A stretch of 64,000 bases of DNA from the NCBI GenBank assembly GCA_017524525.1, contig JAFXVM010000003.1:1836-65835 (forward strand), in the 5' to 3' direction. The stretch is from Alphaproteobacteria bacterium. GTDB lineage: Bacteria; Pseudomonadota; Alphaproteobacteria; Rs-D84. Shown here one piece after another: positions 34,830 through 45,646 of the stretch (position 1 is its first letter; each line of letters starts with the position of its first letter). A program made the translations under genes and the position numbers. A model generated the notes under the pieces. That model saw nothing but the letters and a program-made list of their open reading frames with translations, ran no database searches and had not been told where the DNA came from.

Positions 34830-35639
34830 TTATTTATCTAACATCTGGGTAGCCATAGATCCCAAAGACGGCAACATAGATTTAATATTTCCAGAACCAC
34901 CCATTGAAGAAACCGCTTCTAATACAGAACTTGTTCCAACTGCACCAGTAGATTGTCCAACACTGCCCAAAGTCTGTACCAAGAAATTACCGTACAATTC
35001 ACGTTTGGCTGCATTTATTTTGCCTGGCGCACATCGTTCTGATTTTTCTTTTAATTTTGTGATTTTGCTTAATTCCGATTTGGTTAAATCTTCTTCTGTA
35101 AACGGAATTTTTGCAAACAAATCGTATATATTAGAAATGTATGTACAATTTTTATTGTTATCGTCGCACTTACTGCCAGAACTCGCTTTTGGAAATTTGT
35201 GCCATACAGTACCTTCGTCTGCTTTTGACGTAAAACTTTCATAACAAGTTTCATCATCATCATGTTCTTTTATAAATGTTTCATACGCACCACCACTGTT
35301 CTCGTTTTCGTTTCCAGAACAAGGTACCTCACCCATACTGCTTCGTGCGCTCTCTGCAGTCGTATCACCTATTTTAGCCCATTCTTTGACCAAATTATTT
35401 ACAGTATTAAGTTCATCTGTGGTCGGTGCACAATCAGAACTTAATTGCTGCTGTTGCGTACTTAGACTTTTTACACTTCCAACCAAACCAATCACCGTGG
35501 GTAAAAGACTTGTTGCACTTGCCATCTTATCAGCCTGCTTAGTTGCCACAGGTGCAGCCTTTTTGATAGTGACTGCCCCCATTGACGCCACAGGCGCCAG
35601 ACAAGCAATAACTGCAAAAATAGAAAATATCCTTTTCAT
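34830..35639 (-). CDS. Secreted protein, unknown function, Gly/Ser-rich C-terminal tail
   Basis: Signal peptide ...VASMGA. Six Cys after the signal peptide. Tail GAVGTSSVLEAVSSMGGSGNIKSMLPSLGSM. Confidence 0.65.
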   Translation of the reverse strand: MKRIFSIFAVIACLAPVASMGAVTIKKAAPVATKQADKMASATSLLPTVIGLVGSVKSLSTQQQQLSSDCAPTTDELNTVNNLVKEWAKIGDTTAESARSSMGEVPCSGNENENSGGAYETFIKEHDDDETCYESFTSKADEGTVWHKFPKASSGSKCDDNNKNCTYISNIYDLFAKIPFTEEDLTKSELSKITKLKEKSERCAPGKINAAKRELYGNFLVQTLGSVGQSTGAVGTSSVLEAVSSMGGSGNIKSMLPSLGSMATQMLDK

Positions 35640-35727
35640 TCTCTCTTGAATAACATTATAACATAAAAAAAAGATTAGATAAATATAAAAATTGCATTTT
35701 TATTTACAAAATACTAAACTGCCTATT

Positions 35728-36207
35728 ATGAAACCAGATAAACGTAATTTTATAATCTTTTCAAAACATCGTCGTCTTACACGTTTATGGCAGTTTTTCT
35801 TTACTGGCTGGGGATTGGTTATGGTTGCAATCTTGGCAGCAGCACCTTTTTTAACCAAACAAATTTTATGGACACCTATAACCGCCGTTAATATGCGTGA
35901 TGTCGTTACGAATCAGTTTAAAATGACAAACGCTTCTTTTTCTGGTATTGACAAAGATGGAAATCCTTTTAAAATTCATGCTGTATCTGGACACCAAGAA
36001 TACGGAAAACCAGATGTAGTTTTTCTGGAAAAACCATCTGGAACAATTACGCGTTCTTCGTCCAAAGGCAAAGTGACAAACAAAATTTCTGCTCAACGTG
36101 GTAAATTTAACCACAAAGAAAAAGTTCTAACTTTGACTGGTCGGGTCCGCATGGATTCCAGCAATGGCGACAAAATATCAACAGACGAAATGGTGATAAG
36201 ACTATGA
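35728..36207 (+). CDS. lptC: LPS export periplasmic protein LptC (probable)
   Basis: Start set at MKPDKRNF. N-terminal TM, ~160-aa beta-jellyroll-like pattern. The stop overlaps the lptB start (ATGA). Confidence 0.6.
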   Translation: MKPDKRNFIIFSKHRRLTRLWQFFFTGWGLVMVAILAAAPFLTKQILWTPITAVNMRDVVTNQFKMTNASFSGIDKDGNPFKIHAVSGHQEYGKPDVVFLEKPSGTITRSSSKGKVTNKISAQRGKFNHKEKVLTLTGRVRMDSSNGDKISTDEMVIRL

Positions 36208-36935
36208 TAAAAAAATCTGTATTACGCGCGGAACATTTATCCAAAAGTTATGGAAAACGTCTTGTTTTACGAGATATTTCTTTGATTGCTAACCAAGGCG
36301 AATCTGTGGGACTTTTGGGACCGAATGGTGCCGGAAAAACGACTGCATTTTATTGCATTACGGGACAACTTGCGGCAACCAGCGGACAAATATTTTTAAA
36401 TTCCCAAGACATAACTCATTTGCCATTTTATCAGCGTTCTCGTCTTCATATTGGATACCTTCCCCAAGAAAACAGCGTTTTTCGTGGTTTATCTGTCGAA
36501 GACAACATTATGGCTGTTCTTGAAATCGTCGAGCCGAATCGCAAGAAAAGACAAGAAAAACTTGATGCTTTGCTCAAAGAATTTTCTATTGAATTTTTGC
36601 GCAAAAGTCCTGCAACCGCTTTGTCCGGGGGCGAAAGACGTCGTGTAGAAATTGCACGTGCATTGGCAAACGACCCCAAATTCATTTTACTAGACGAACC
36701 ATTTGCGGGTATTGACCCTATTGCAGTTAATGAAATTCGAGAAATGGTATCGCAACTAAAAAATCGCGGACTTGGCGTAATTATCACAGACCATAATGTA
36801 CGTGAAACATTGGGAATCACAGATCGCAGTTATGTTTTACATGATGGTATGATTTTAAAACACGGAACTTCAAAAGAAATAGTCCAAGATGAAATGGTTA
36901 AAAAGGTTTATCTTGGCGAAAATTTCACTATGTAA
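36204..36935 (+). CDS. lptB: LPS export ABC transporter ATP-binding protein LptB
   Basis: Walker [10 protein letters not shown], signature LSGGERRR, Walker B ILLDEP. Typical LptB length and C-terminus (VYLGENF). Confidence 0.93.
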   Translation: MIKKSVLRAEHLSKSYGKRLVLRDISLIANQGESVGLLGPNGAGKTTAFYCITGQLAATSGQIFLNSQDITHLPFYQRSRLHIGYLPQENSVFRGLSVEDNIMAVLEIVEPNRKKRQEKLDALLKEFSIEFLRKSPATALSGGERRRVEIARALANDPKFILLDEPFAGIDPIAVNEIREMVSQLKNRGLGVIITDHNVRETLGITDRSYVLHDGMILKHGTSKEIVQDEMVKKVYLGENFTM

Positions 36936-36970
36936 AAATAATCTTAAATAAAAAAAAGGAGAATATAGAC

Positions 36971-38233
36971 ATGTTTACTATTGAAAAAATTCATGCGCGT
37001 CAAATTATGGATTCGCGTGGCAACCCAACGATTGAATGTGATATAACTTTATCGGGCGGTGCTTTTGGTCGCGCATCCGTTCCATCTGGTGCATCCACAG
37101 GTTCTTTTGAGGCACTTGAATTACGTGATGGCGGGAATGCTTATATGGGCAAAGGTGTATCCACTGCGGTCAAAAATGTAAACAAAATTATCGCGCCTGC
37201 TTTGATTGGTATGGACGCATCAAAACAAACAGAAATTGACGAAAAAATGTTGGCTATGGACGGCACACCAAACAAAGAAAAATTTGGTGCAAACGCTATT
37301 TTGTCTGTATCACTTGCAGTGGCTCGCGCAACAGCAAATGCAAAAAAAATTCCTCTTTATAAATACATCGCCGATATTTTTGGTGAATCTAATCCTTGTG
37401 TTTTACCACGTCCTATGATGAATATCATCAACGGTGGCGCTCATGCAGATAATGGTTTAGATGCACAAGAATTTATGATTATCCCAAATGGTGCAAAAAA
37501 TGAAGTCGAAGCGATTCGTATGGGATCTGAAATTTTTCACAATTTAAAATCGATTTTGAAAAAATCAAAACATTCTACAAACGTTGGTGACGAAGGCGGA
37601 TTTGCACCAAACTTTAACGCCTGCAACGAAGCATTAGATACAATCGTCGCTGCGATTCGTGCAGCAGGTTATGAACCTGGCACCCAAGTTTCTATTGGTC
37701 TGGACGTCGCTTCGTCTGAATTTTACAAAGACGGAATCTATAATTTCGAAGGCACAACAAAGACAGCAGACGAAATGATTGCTTTCTATGAAGATTTAAT
37801 TTCCAAATATCCAATTATTTCTATTGAAGACGCTTTGGCGGAAGAAGATTGGGATGCATGGAAAAAATTAACTCAAAAAATCGGCGACAAATGTCAACTG
37901 GTCGGTGACGATTTATTCGTGACAAACCCGATTCGTTTAAAGAAAGGTATTGATAATGGCGTTGCAAATGCAATCCTTATCAAAGTAAACCAGATTGGTT
38001 CACTGACAGAAACTTTGCGCGCGATTAAAATGGCACAAGATGCCAAATATGGCGTTGTTGTTTCTCACCGCAGTGGCGAAACCGAAGATACTACTATTGC
38101 TGATTTGGCGGTTGCTACAAATGCAGGACAAATCAAAACAGGTTCTATGTCCCGTACAGACCGTATGGCTAAATACAACCAATTAATTCGTATTGAAGAA
38201 GAATTAGGCAATTCAGCAAAATACGGTATGTAA
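36971..38233 (+). CDS. eno: Enolase
   Basis: [25 protein letters not shown] and [11 protein letters not shown] motifs. Confidence 0.97.
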   Translation: MFTIEKIHARQIMDSRGNPTIECDITLSGGAFGRASVPSGASTGSFEALELRDGGNAYMGKGVSTAVKNVNKIIAPALIGMDASKQTEIDEKMLAMDGTPNKEKFGANAILSVSLAVARATANAKKIPLYKYIADIFGESNPCVLPRPMMNIINGGAHADNGLDAQEFMIIPNGAKNEVEAIRMGSEIFHNLKSILKKSKHSTNVGDEGGFAPNFNACNEALDTIVAAIRAAGYEPGTQVSIGLDVASSEFYKDGIYNFEGTTKTADEMIAFYEDLISKYPIISIEDALAEEDWDAWKKLTQKIGDKCQLVGDDLFVTNPIRLKKGIDNGVANAILIKVNQIGSLTETLRAIKMAQDAKYGVVVSHRSGETEDTTIADLAVATNAGQIKTGSMSRTDRMAKYNQLIRIEEELGNSAKYGM

Positions 38234-38440
38234 ATGGTATCTTTGGCCAGCATTTTATGGATAATAAAACGAATAGTTGCTGTGGGTGTTTTAATATGCA
38301 TTATATTAACACCCACATATTTGGCTGTTGTGAACGGTCGTGAAAAATACGATGCGATGCGTGTCCGTTTTGGTTCGTGGATTTTTGGCTGGTCAATCAT
38401 AGGATGGCTTTTTGCTTTGTTTATTTCAGCAAAAAAGTAA
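38234..38440 (+). CDS. Small 2-TM membrane protein, superinfection-immunity-like
   Basis: 68 aa. The ATG directly abuts the eno stop. The C-terminal GWSIIGWLFALFISAKK resembles the G-W-x2-IGW-x2-AL motif of the Imm_superinfect family. Confidence 0.5.
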   Translation: MVSLASILWIIKRIVAVGVLICIILTPTYLAVVNGREKYDAMRVRFGSWIFGWSIIGWLFALFISAKK

Positions 38441-38466
38441 AAACGCCCGTTTGGGCGTTTTTTTTA
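38441..38466. terminator. Bidirectional intrinsic terminator
   Basis: ACGCCC-GTTT-GGGCGT flanked by an A-run and a T-run. Confidence 0.75.
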
Positions 38467-39825
38467 TTTCTTTGGTTCTGTTGTCGCTGTCACAGCACTT
38501 GGTATTTCAATATCAGTCAAACGCACAACACGTGACGGATTGTTTTTCAAAGATTCTATCGTTGCATCCAATTGTGCCTTTTTCGCCATAAACAACTTTT
38601 TGTTTTTGGCATCCAAATTATCTATGGCAGGTAATTTGACAGTCATAGGATTTACATGTACCCCATTTTTAATAATTTCATAATGCAAATGTGGACCTGT
38701 TGACAACCCCGTTGAACCAGAATAACCGATAATTTGCCCCTGACGTACCATAGTCCCAACCTTCACCCCCTTGGCAAATTTTGACATATGCGCATACAAA
38801 GTTTCAAAAGTTCCATTATGTCTAATCTTTACAAAATTACCATGCCCGCGATTAAAACTGCGCGCAATAACACGCCCTGCCCCAGCTGCAGGAATTGGTG
38901 TCCCTGTTGGAGCGCGGAAATCAACACCTTTGTGTGCGCGGGTAAACCCAAGCACTGGATGTTTGCGTCCTTTTGAAAAATTAGATGTAACTTTTGCATT
39001 ATTAATAGGTGTTCTTTTCAAAGATTTAATTGCACCATTACCATGTTCATCATAATATCCAGAATGTCCATCAGGTTTTACATAACGATACATTTGAACA
39101 TTTCCACGCAACGCATCAAAAGAAACCGCTAAAACATGTCCATTATCAACCTTTTTATCCGAAGCAAAATTTTCTTCGTACAAAACATAGAATTTTTGTC
39201 CTGCCCTTATATCACGTTCAAAGTCCATTTCAAACGCTAACAAATCATAGACATCTAATATTAAACCTTCTGGAATTCCTGCTTTCATTGCAGAAAGATA
39301 AAAACTGCTGCCTTGGGCGATTTCGCCTTCTTTGTACGCAATACGCGTATCGCGTTCTATTTGAATTTTCTGGCATTGCCACGAATCTGGCGTTCCACAA
39401 TCAATTTCTATTCTGTTCCAAGGTCCATTTTCAATAACAATTTTTGAAATGGCCTCACCTTCTTTTGGACGAACGAAATCGAATTTATCGCGCCCTGGGC
39501 GCAAAGTTGTAAAATCCGCATCTTTCTTTAAATTCTGCGAAATAACGTTTACATCGCGCATACTAAATCCCTGTTCAGTTAAAATCTTGGACAAAGTATC
39601 CCCAGATTTAACATCTATCAAAGTATGTATCTCTGGCGAAACGAACACGGTTTCCCTGACAGGTTTATAAAACAAGACCACGCATGCCGCAACGATAACC
39701 ATCGCAATTGCAACAAACAACACAAAACGAGTCAACACATGTATGTTGCACGCTTTTTTACAAGATGCTGCCACACAGGCATTCACCTTTTTTAATATAT
39801 CTTTTGCTTTTTTCATAAGGTCCAT
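38464..39825 (-). CDS. M23-family metallopeptidase (membrane-anchored murein endopeptidase)
   Basis: HKGVDFRAPTGTPI and GSTGLSTGPHLHYEI motifs plus an N-terminal TM. The start is ambiguous (39825 or 39816). Confidence 0.88.
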   Translation of the reverse strand: MDLMKKAKDILKKVNACVAASCKKACNIHVLTRFVLFVAIAMVIVAACVVLFYKPVRETVFVSPEIHTLIDVKSGDTLSKILTEQGFSMRDVNVISQNLKKDADFTTLRPGRDKFDFVRPKEGEAISKIVIENGPWNRIEIDCGTPDSWQCQKIQIERDTRIAYKEGEIAQGSSFYLSAMKAGIPEGLILDVYDLLAFEMDFERDIRAGQKFYVLYEENFASDKKVDNGHVLAVSFDALRGNVQMYRYVKPDGHSGYYDEHGNGAIKSLKRTPINNAKVTSNFSKGRKHPVLGFTRAHKGVDFRAPTGTPIPAAGAGRVIARSFNRGHGNFVKIRHNGTFETLYAHMSKFAKGVKVGTMVRQGQIIGYSGSTGLSTGPHLHYEIIKNGVHVNPMTVKLPAIDNLDAKNKKLFMAKKAQLDATIESLKNNPSRVVRLTDIEIPSAVTATTEPKK

Positions 39826-39837
39826 TATAATAAAAAT

Positions 39838-40605
39838 ATGAACATAAATCAAGCATTCGAAATTTTAAAAAACGCAGGTGGCATAAAATCCGCCCGTATC
39901 ATCTTGGAAAAACGCAAAAAAATTTCTTTCTTGCGCACGATTTATTATGCACATCTTTTGCGAATTGGGATGCCAGTAGCAAAAATAATACATTCAAAAT
40001 GGTTTTACGGGCTTGAATTTTACACAAACAGATACACGCTTGACCCACGCCCAGACACAGAAACTTTGGTAGAATCAGTCATCAAAGATTGTATTGAAAA
40101 CAGACCGCGAACAATACTCGATATGGGCACAGGCACGGGCTGCATAATATGTGCGCTTTGTAAAAATATTGCAAATTTAAGTGGCACAGCCATAGACAAA
40201 TCAAAAAAGGCTTTGAATGTGGCAAACAAAAATATCAAAAAATTTAATTTACAAAACCAAATAAAAACCCAGCACGCAGATTTTGCAACTTTTAAATCAA
40301 ATACAAAATTTGATATTATTGTTTCAAACCCACCCTATATAAAATATGGTGATATACGCGTAAACGAAGGTGCAAAATTTGATCCCAAAATGGCACTATA
40401 TGCAAAAAACGATGGTCTTGGGGCATACGAAGAAATCGCCCAGAACGCCAAAAAACTGTTAAAGAAAAATGGAAAGATATACCTTGAAATTGGCATAGGT
40501 CAATCAAATCAAATTATCAAAATATTTGAATTTTTTGGTTGGCACTTTGAACGCATTGAAAAAGATTTAGCGGGTATAAATCGTGTGTTAGTTTTTACTA
40601 TTTAA
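39838..40605 (+). CDS. prmC: Release-factor glutamine N5-methyltransferase (HemK/PrmC-like)
   Basis: SAM motif ILDMGTGTGCI and catalytic NPPY (VSNPPYI). Confidence 0.8.
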   Translation: MNINQAFEILKNAGGIKSARIILEKRKKISFLRTIYYAHLLRIGMPVAKIIHSKWFYGLEFYTNRYTLDPRPDTETLVESVIKDCIENRPRTILDMGTGTGCIICALCKNIANLSGTAIDKSKKALNVANKNIKKFNLQNQIKTQHADFATFKSNTKFDIIVSNPPYIKYGDIRVNEGAKFDPKMALYAKNDGLGAYEEIAQNAKKLLKKNGKIYLEIGIGQSNQIIKIFEFFGWHFERIEKDLAGINRVLVFTI

Positions 40606-41242
40606 AAAATTTATTATTTTTCTTTAACCAACCAATTGATGTTTCCATACCATGCCCATGAACAACCCATGTTCCATTTGATAAATCTTTTTTATACAAA
40701 TTCCCAATAGATTCATGTATTTGGTTTGCATCACCACCTGGGAAACTGGTGTTTCCAAAACTTTCTTGGAACAAAGTATCGCCAACTAATAAAATTTTAT
40801 ATTTTGGAAAATAAAACATTAAACCACCTGGTGTATGCCCAGGGCTTTCCATTACTTCCATATCCATACCGGGCAAAATTTCAATCGTCCCCAAAGGTAT
40901 ATTTTTTGGCTTTTTATAATGTTCATGAATATGCGGAATTCCAAACATATCCAACAATTCGTTTCCCCACCCAATCAGGAAATTATCTTTTTCACTTAAA
41001 AACCAATCTACATTAAACCCTTTGGACAAAGCCGGCGCAGCAGATATATGGTCTGGGTGTCCATGCGTTGCATATATCGCGCGCAGTTTTAATCCGCGTT
41101 CTAACAAAACCTTTTCCCAATCGGTTGCTTTGCCCCACGGATCAAAAATCACAGCATCGTTTCCAACAGATACCAACACAGAATTTGTATTTTCTGGTGG
41201 CATATGCAGAACCTCAAATTTTACATCGTTATTTTTTTGCAT
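40598..41242 (-). CDS. MBL-fold metallo-hydrolase (glyoxalase II-like)
   Basis: THGHPDH metal-binding motif, 214 aa. Confidence 0.8.
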   Translation of the reverse strand: MQKNNDVKFEVLHMPPENTNSVLVSVGNDAVIFDPWGKATDWEKVLLERGLKLRAIYATHGHPDHISAAPALSKGFNVDWFLSEKDNFLIGWGNELLDMFGIPHIHEHYKKPKNIPLGTIEILPGMDMEVMESPGHTPGGLMFYFPKYKILLVGDTLFQESFGNTSFPGGDANQIHESIGNLYKKDLSNGTWVVHGHGMETSIGWLKKNNKFFK

Positions 41243-43145
41243 TTGTTTTTTTCACAATTTTTTTAACTGTCTTTTTTGGTGTTTTTTTTGAATTTTTACC
41301 AAAAACAATTTCACGAATTTCTTCGCCAGTAAGCGTTTCTTTATCCAACAAAGCCTTGGCCAATTTATCAACAGTCGCCTTGTTCTTGGACACCAAATTT
41401 TTAGCATCTTTATATGCATTATCAACCCAACTACGAATTTCGCTATCCACCACTTCCGCTGTTTTTTCAGAAGCATTTTCCAGCGCAACTCGCTGACCGA
41501 ATGTATTAACCTGATTAACAGCAACCAGACCAATTTTATCAGACAAACCAGCCGTTGTAATAGAACGTCTCGCGAGTTGTGTCGCCATAGCAATATCGCT
41601 TTCCGCGCCAGTGGTAATTTTATTTGCGCCAAAAAATATTTCTTCGGTTGCGCGTCCCGCCAAGAACACAGATAAATTCGCGCGTATTTCATCCAACGAC
41701 ATTGAAACCTTGTCATCAATTGGCAAATGTTGAACCATTCCCAAAGCGCGACCGCGCGGAACAATGGTCGCTTTGTGAATAGGGTCTGTAATATCGCTAT
41801 AATGCATACCAACAAAAGCATGACCTGCTTCGTGATACGCAGTTAATTTAATATCTTCTGGGCGCATTTTGCGGTTCTTTTTTGGTCCCATTAAAACTTT
41901 GTCTCTGGCTTCTTCTAAATCACTTTGTTCCACAACTTTATGTTCAGCATGCACCGCATGCAGAGCCGCTTCGTTTAAAAGGTTTTCCAAATCTGCCCCG
42001 CTAAACCCAGTCGTTCCACGTGCGACATCCATCAAAGAAACATTTTCGTCTATCTTAAATTTTTTAGCATGTAATTCCAAAATATCACGACGACCTTCCA
42101 GATTTGGCAATTCAATATATATCTGTCTGTCGAAACGACCAGGACGCAACAAAGCTGCATCTAACATATCAGGACGATTCGTTGCGGCGATAACTATGAT
42201 ACCCGTATCATTTGCAAACCCATCCATTTCAATTAACAACTGATTCAAAGTTTGTTCTCTGTCATTATCATTTATTGTGTGTTTGCTGCGACTTTGCCCG
42301 ATTGCATCAATTTCATCCATAAATAAAATACAAGGGGCGTTTCTTTTTGCCAATTCAAAAATTTCTTTAATTTTAGCAACCCCAAGCCCAACTATGATTC
42401 CAGAAAAATCGCTGCCCGATGTAGCAAAGAAAGGAACATTTGCCTCACCTGCCACAGCGCGCGCCAACAAAGTTTTTCCTGTTCCTGGTTCCCCAGACAA
42501 CAATATTCCACGTGGAACACGCGCACCCAAAGATTTATATTTGTCTTTGTTTTTCAAAAAATCCACTACTTCCATCAATTCTTGCTTTTCAGCATCTATA
42601 CCAGCAACATCTTTGAAAGTCGTTTTGGTTTTACCAGTAGTAATTTTAGTTGGGTTTTGCCCGATTAAACTGCGTGTCAAACCACCGCCACCACCACTGC
42701 CACCACGCATTATGCGCAACAACCAGATTAAAAACAAAGCACTTACCAAAATCGGCAGCCATTTTGCAACCCCATCCCACATAGAATCACTGTTATCAAT
42801 AGACACTGTTGCACCATTGCTGGAAATTTTTTCCAATAATTCTGGGTTGTAAGTGATGTTAGCACGATAAGGTGTCCCGTCTTTCAAAAGGCCTGTGGCA
42901 ACATCGTCTTTGTGAATATCCATCGTCTTGATATCATTTACACGACGCAACACATCAGAAAAAGACAATTCTATTGGTGCCTTTTGGACAGCGGCATCCG
43001 CGACCAATCCGTCTTTGACAGTTCCATTGTTTAAACCACCTAAAAAAATCATACGCGCAATCAACGCAACAAATAATACGATGAAAGCAATTAAATAAAA
43101 TTTTGAACCGTCTTTTTTCTTAAATAGATTTTTTTCGTTTTTCAT
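41229..43145 (-). CDS. ftsH: ATP-dependent zinc metalloprotease FtsH
   Basis: Start set at the ATG (MKNEKNLF) preceded by AGGAAAAG. Walker A GEPGTGKT, SRH ATNRPDMLDAALLRPGRFDR, and the HEAGH zinc site. Confidence 0.96.
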   Translation of the reverse strand: MKNEKNLFKKKDGSKFYLIAFIVLFVALIARMIFLGGLNNGTVKDGLVADAAVQKAPIELSFSDVLRRVNDIKTMDIHKDDVATGLLKDGTPYRANITYNPELLEKISSNGATVSIDNSDSMWDGVAKWLPILVSALFLIWLLRIMRGGSGGGGGLTRSLIGQNPTKITTGKTKTTFKDVAGIDAEKQELMEVVDFLKNKDKYKSLGARVPRGILLSGEPGTGKTLLARAVAGEANVPFFATSGSDFSGIIVGLGVAKIKEIFELAKRNAPCILFMDEIDAIGQSRSKHTINDNDREQTLNQLLIEMDGFANDTGIIVIAATNRPDMLDAALLRPGRFDRQIYIELPNLEGRRDILELHAKKFKIDENVSLMDVARGTTGFSGADLENLLNEAALHAVHAEHKVVEQSDLEEARDKVLMGPKKNRKMRPEDIKLTAYHEAGHAFVGMHYSDITDPIHKATIVPRGRALGMVQHLPIDDKVSMSLDEIRANLSVFLAGRATEEIFFGANKITTGAESDIAMATQLARRSITTAGLSDKIGLVAVNQVNTFGQRVALENASEKTAEVVDSEIRSWVDNAYKDAKNLVSKNKATVDKLAKALLDKETLTGEEIREIVFGKNSKKTPKKTVKKIVKKTNAKK

Positions 43146-44097
43146 GTCTTTTCCTAAAACTTGTTCTTTTTCCTTCTGGAACAATCAAGATTCTGTCGTT
43201 TAATCTGCGAATCGTGCAATGCCCCAATGTAAACTTACAATCATCCTGCAAATTAGATAGTGCTTTTTGCAACGAATTCAAGCGTACTGGGTAATCGTTC
43301 CCCCCGATTTTTTGAATCAATGTTCCCAGAAACTTTAATCTAATTTCTTCTGCTTCGTCAAATAAAAAAGAAGAAACAAACATTGCCCCCCAAGAACGAA
43401 TGACCATTTCGACACGCATAGCAATATATTTGTCCAACCATTCACGCGTTCTGGCCAGATTCTGCACAGCCAACAAAATTCGCGCATCACTGATACCCAA
43501 ATCATCATTTAATACATGCCTATTTTGTCTAATTTTTACACGCGTATAATGTTCATCGCTATTCATGGAATCAACAAAGTATTTAATATTATTATCTTCA
43601 CAGTATTGTTTAATTTCACTGCGCGGAACTTCTAACATCGGGCGCAAGATTTTAATCCCGTTTCGTTCGGATTCCGGCAACATAGCAGACAGTCCATATA
43701 AACCGCTGCCCCGCGACAAATTCATCAAAAAAGTTTCAATTTGATCGTCACTTTGATGAGCAGTCAAAAGATATTCTATGCCGTTTTCATGGCAAAAATC
43801 AGTCATCATTTTATAGCGCACTTCGCGTGCCGCGGCTTCCAAGCCACTGTCTGGTTTATCATCATTCCAATAAAAAATATGGCATGGAATATTCAGTTTT
43901 TTACAAACATCTTTGACATATTCAGTTTCAATTTCAGCCTCTGGGCGCAATCTGTGATTTACGTGTAAACAAGTAAAATTCACCCCTATTTCGTGCAACC
44001 AATAAAGCAAACACATAGAATCAACACCACCACTGACCCCCAAAGCCATCGTAGCATCTTTGTAATTTTTCATAAAATTAATAAACTTTTGATTCAT
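43120..44097 (-). CDS. tilS: tRNA(Ile)-lysidine synthetase
   Basis: PP-loop ALGVSGGVDSMCLL. Position directly upstream of ftsH. Confidence 0.9.
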   Translation of the reverse strand: MNQKFINFMKNYKDATMALGVSGGVDSMCLLYWLHEIGVNFTCLHVNHRLRPEAEIETEYVKDVCKKLNIPCHIFYWNDDKPDSGLEAAAREVRYKMMTDFCHENGIEYLLTAHQSDDQIETFLMNLSRGSGLYGLSAMLPESERNGIKILRPMLEVPRSEIKQYCEDNNIKYFVDSMNSDEHYTRVKIRQNRHVLNDDLGISDARILLAVQNLARTREWLDKYIAMRVEMVIRSWGAMFVSSFLFDEAEEIRLKFLGTLIQKIGGNDYPVRLNSLQKALSNLQDDCKFTLGHCTIRRLNDRILIVPEGKRTSFRKRHEKRKKSI

Positions 44098-44144
44098 AAC
44101 CTCACTATTTTATGGTATAATTTCGAAAAATAAAGGAAAAAGAG

Positions 44145-44717
44145 ATGAATAAGAAAATAAAAACAGTAGCAGTATATTGCGGCCATCAATTTGGCACCAA
44201 CCCTGAATTTGCACGTGACGCACAAAAAATTGGCGAATTATTAGCACGAAACAAGATGACGCTTGTATTTGGTGGCGGAAATGTTGGTTTAATGGGAACT
44301 GTCGCCAGCGCAGCATTAGATAATGGTGGCAAAGTAATTGGGATTACTACAAAACACGTGGTATCTTTGCAAGAACCTGCACACGAAGAAATCAAAGTCA
44401 AAGTTGTATCTGGTCTGTCCACCCGCAAAGAACAAATGTTTAAATTATCTGATGCTTTTGTAATTTTACCGGGCGGGATTGGCACATTGGACGAAATGAC
44501 AGACATTATGACTAAACAGCAAGTTGGCGAAACTCACAAACCAATATATATAGTAAACACAGCGAAATATTGGGAAATTTTTGGTCAATTTATGGTTCAA
44601 ATGCAAACCGAAGGCTTTTTAAAAAGTGCAGACGAATACAATCTGCACGTGATAAGCACCCCAGAAGAATTAATGCAAAGGTTAATCAATTGTGACGATC
44701 TTGTCGCGTCCTGTTAA
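44145..44717 (+). CDS. LOG family (TIGR00730) nucleotide phosphoribohydrolase
   Basis: VFGGGNVGLMG and PGGIGTLDE motifs. Confidence 0.88.
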   Translation: MNKKIKTVAVYCGHQFGTNPEFARDAQKIGELLARNKMTLVFGGGNVGLMGTVASAALDNGGKVIGITTKHVVSLQEPAHEEIKVKVVSGLSTRKEQMFKLSDAFVILPGGIGTLDEMTDIMTKQQVGETHKPIYIVNTAKYWEIFGQFMVQMQTEGFLKSADEYNLHVISTPEELMQRLINCDDLVASC

Positions 44718-44912
44718 ACCTTTGACAATCTTGATTCTAGATTTTGGAACATCAAAATATTTTGACAACAATTCAACAACGGCACCATTTGCGCGCCCGT
44801 TTTCGGGCGCAACAGTCGTATAAACACGCAAAGCACCGTCGTTTTCTACGACTTTGTTTTGTTTTGCGTGTGGTGTGACACGAATATTAAAAGTCTTCTG
44901 TAAATCTTTCAT
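44682..44912 (-). CDS. DUF167 (YggU) family protein
   Basis: 76 aa. RVTPHAKQNKV ... PENGRANGAVVELLSKYF ... IVKGLTGRDKIV. Confidence 0.8.
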   Translation of the reverse strand: MKDLQKTFNIRVTPHAKQNKVVENDGALRVYTTVAPENGRANGAVVELLSKYFDVPKSRIKIVKGLTGRDKIVTID

Positions 44913-45234
44913 CGCTCATAATATGAATATGGAAATGCATTACCGATTGACCTGCCCCGCGACCAGTATTCGCCACAGTCCTGAAATTATCGCGCAATCC
45001 CAATTTTTCCACAGTTTTACGAACCCCGTTCCAAAAAGCAGCCTGTAATTCAGCGGGCGCATTTTGTGTGAAATCAAAAATGTCAGTATATTCACCACGT
45101 GGAATTACCAAGACATGAACACGCGCGCGTGGTGCAACATCATAAAAAGCCAGCACATTATCATCACTATATACTTCTTTGCATGGAATTTCCCCACGTA
45201 AAATCTTGGCAAAAACATTATTTTTATCGTACAT
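44887..45234 (-). CDS. HIT-family (HinT-like) nucleotide hydrolase
   Basis: Histidine triad HFHIHIM. N-terminal FAKILRGEIPC. Confidence 0.9.
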   Translation of the reverse strand: MYDKNNVFAKILRGEIPCKEVYSDDNVLAFYDVAPRARVHVLVIPRGEYTDIFDFTQNAPAELQAAFWNGVRKTVEKLGLRDNFRTVANTGRGAGQSVMHFHIHIMSDERFTEDF

Positions 45235-45296
45235 TTGTGTCCCCTTTTGGTTTATTGATGGTATATTACACCTTTTACATATATAAAATCAAGACC

Positions 45297-45325
45297 CTTG
45301 AAATGCTGTTTTTTTGTACTATATT
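45297..45325 (+). promoter_or_regulatory. Possible RpoH (sigma32)-type promoter of groESL
   Basis: CTTGAAA, ~18 nt spacer, CTATATTT, resembling the alphaproteobacterial CTTG-N17/18-CYTATNT pattern. No CIRCE inverted repeat seen. Confidence 0.35.
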
Positions 45326-45349
45326 TGAATCACAGCAAAGGAGTTGTTT

Positions 45350-45634
45350 ATGTTTAAACCATTGCATAATTATATTTTATTACAAAGAATTGAAGAAGAA
45401 AACAAAACCGCTGGCGGAATTATTATCCCTGACAATGCAAAAGAAAAACCTTCCCGTGGACGCGTTATTGCTACTGGGGATGGAATTTTTGAAAACGGAC
45501 AAAAAATTCCTGTGACGGTTAAAAAGGACGATATTGTTTTATTCGCTAAATGGGCGCCGTCTGCAAACGAAGTCAAAATTGACGGCGTTGATTATGTCTT
45601 AATCAAAGAAAATGATATTTTGGGAATTTTATAA
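45350..45634 (+). CDS. groES: Co-chaperonin GroES
   Basis: The ATG at 45350 lies 6 nt after [35 protein letters not shown]. Confidence 0.95.
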   Translation: MFKPLHNYILLQRIEEENKTAGGIIIPDNAKEKPSRGRVIATGDGIFENGQKIPVTVKKDDIVLFAKWAPSANEVKIDGVDYVLIKENDILGIL

Positions 45635-45646
45635 AAGGAATAAACT

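Noticed and set aside
45240-45343. CIRCE (HrcA operator) upstream of groES
   Set aside because: No TTAGCACTC-N9-GAGTGCTAA-like inverted repeat is present. Only a sigma32-like CTTGAAA...CTATATTT pair is seen.
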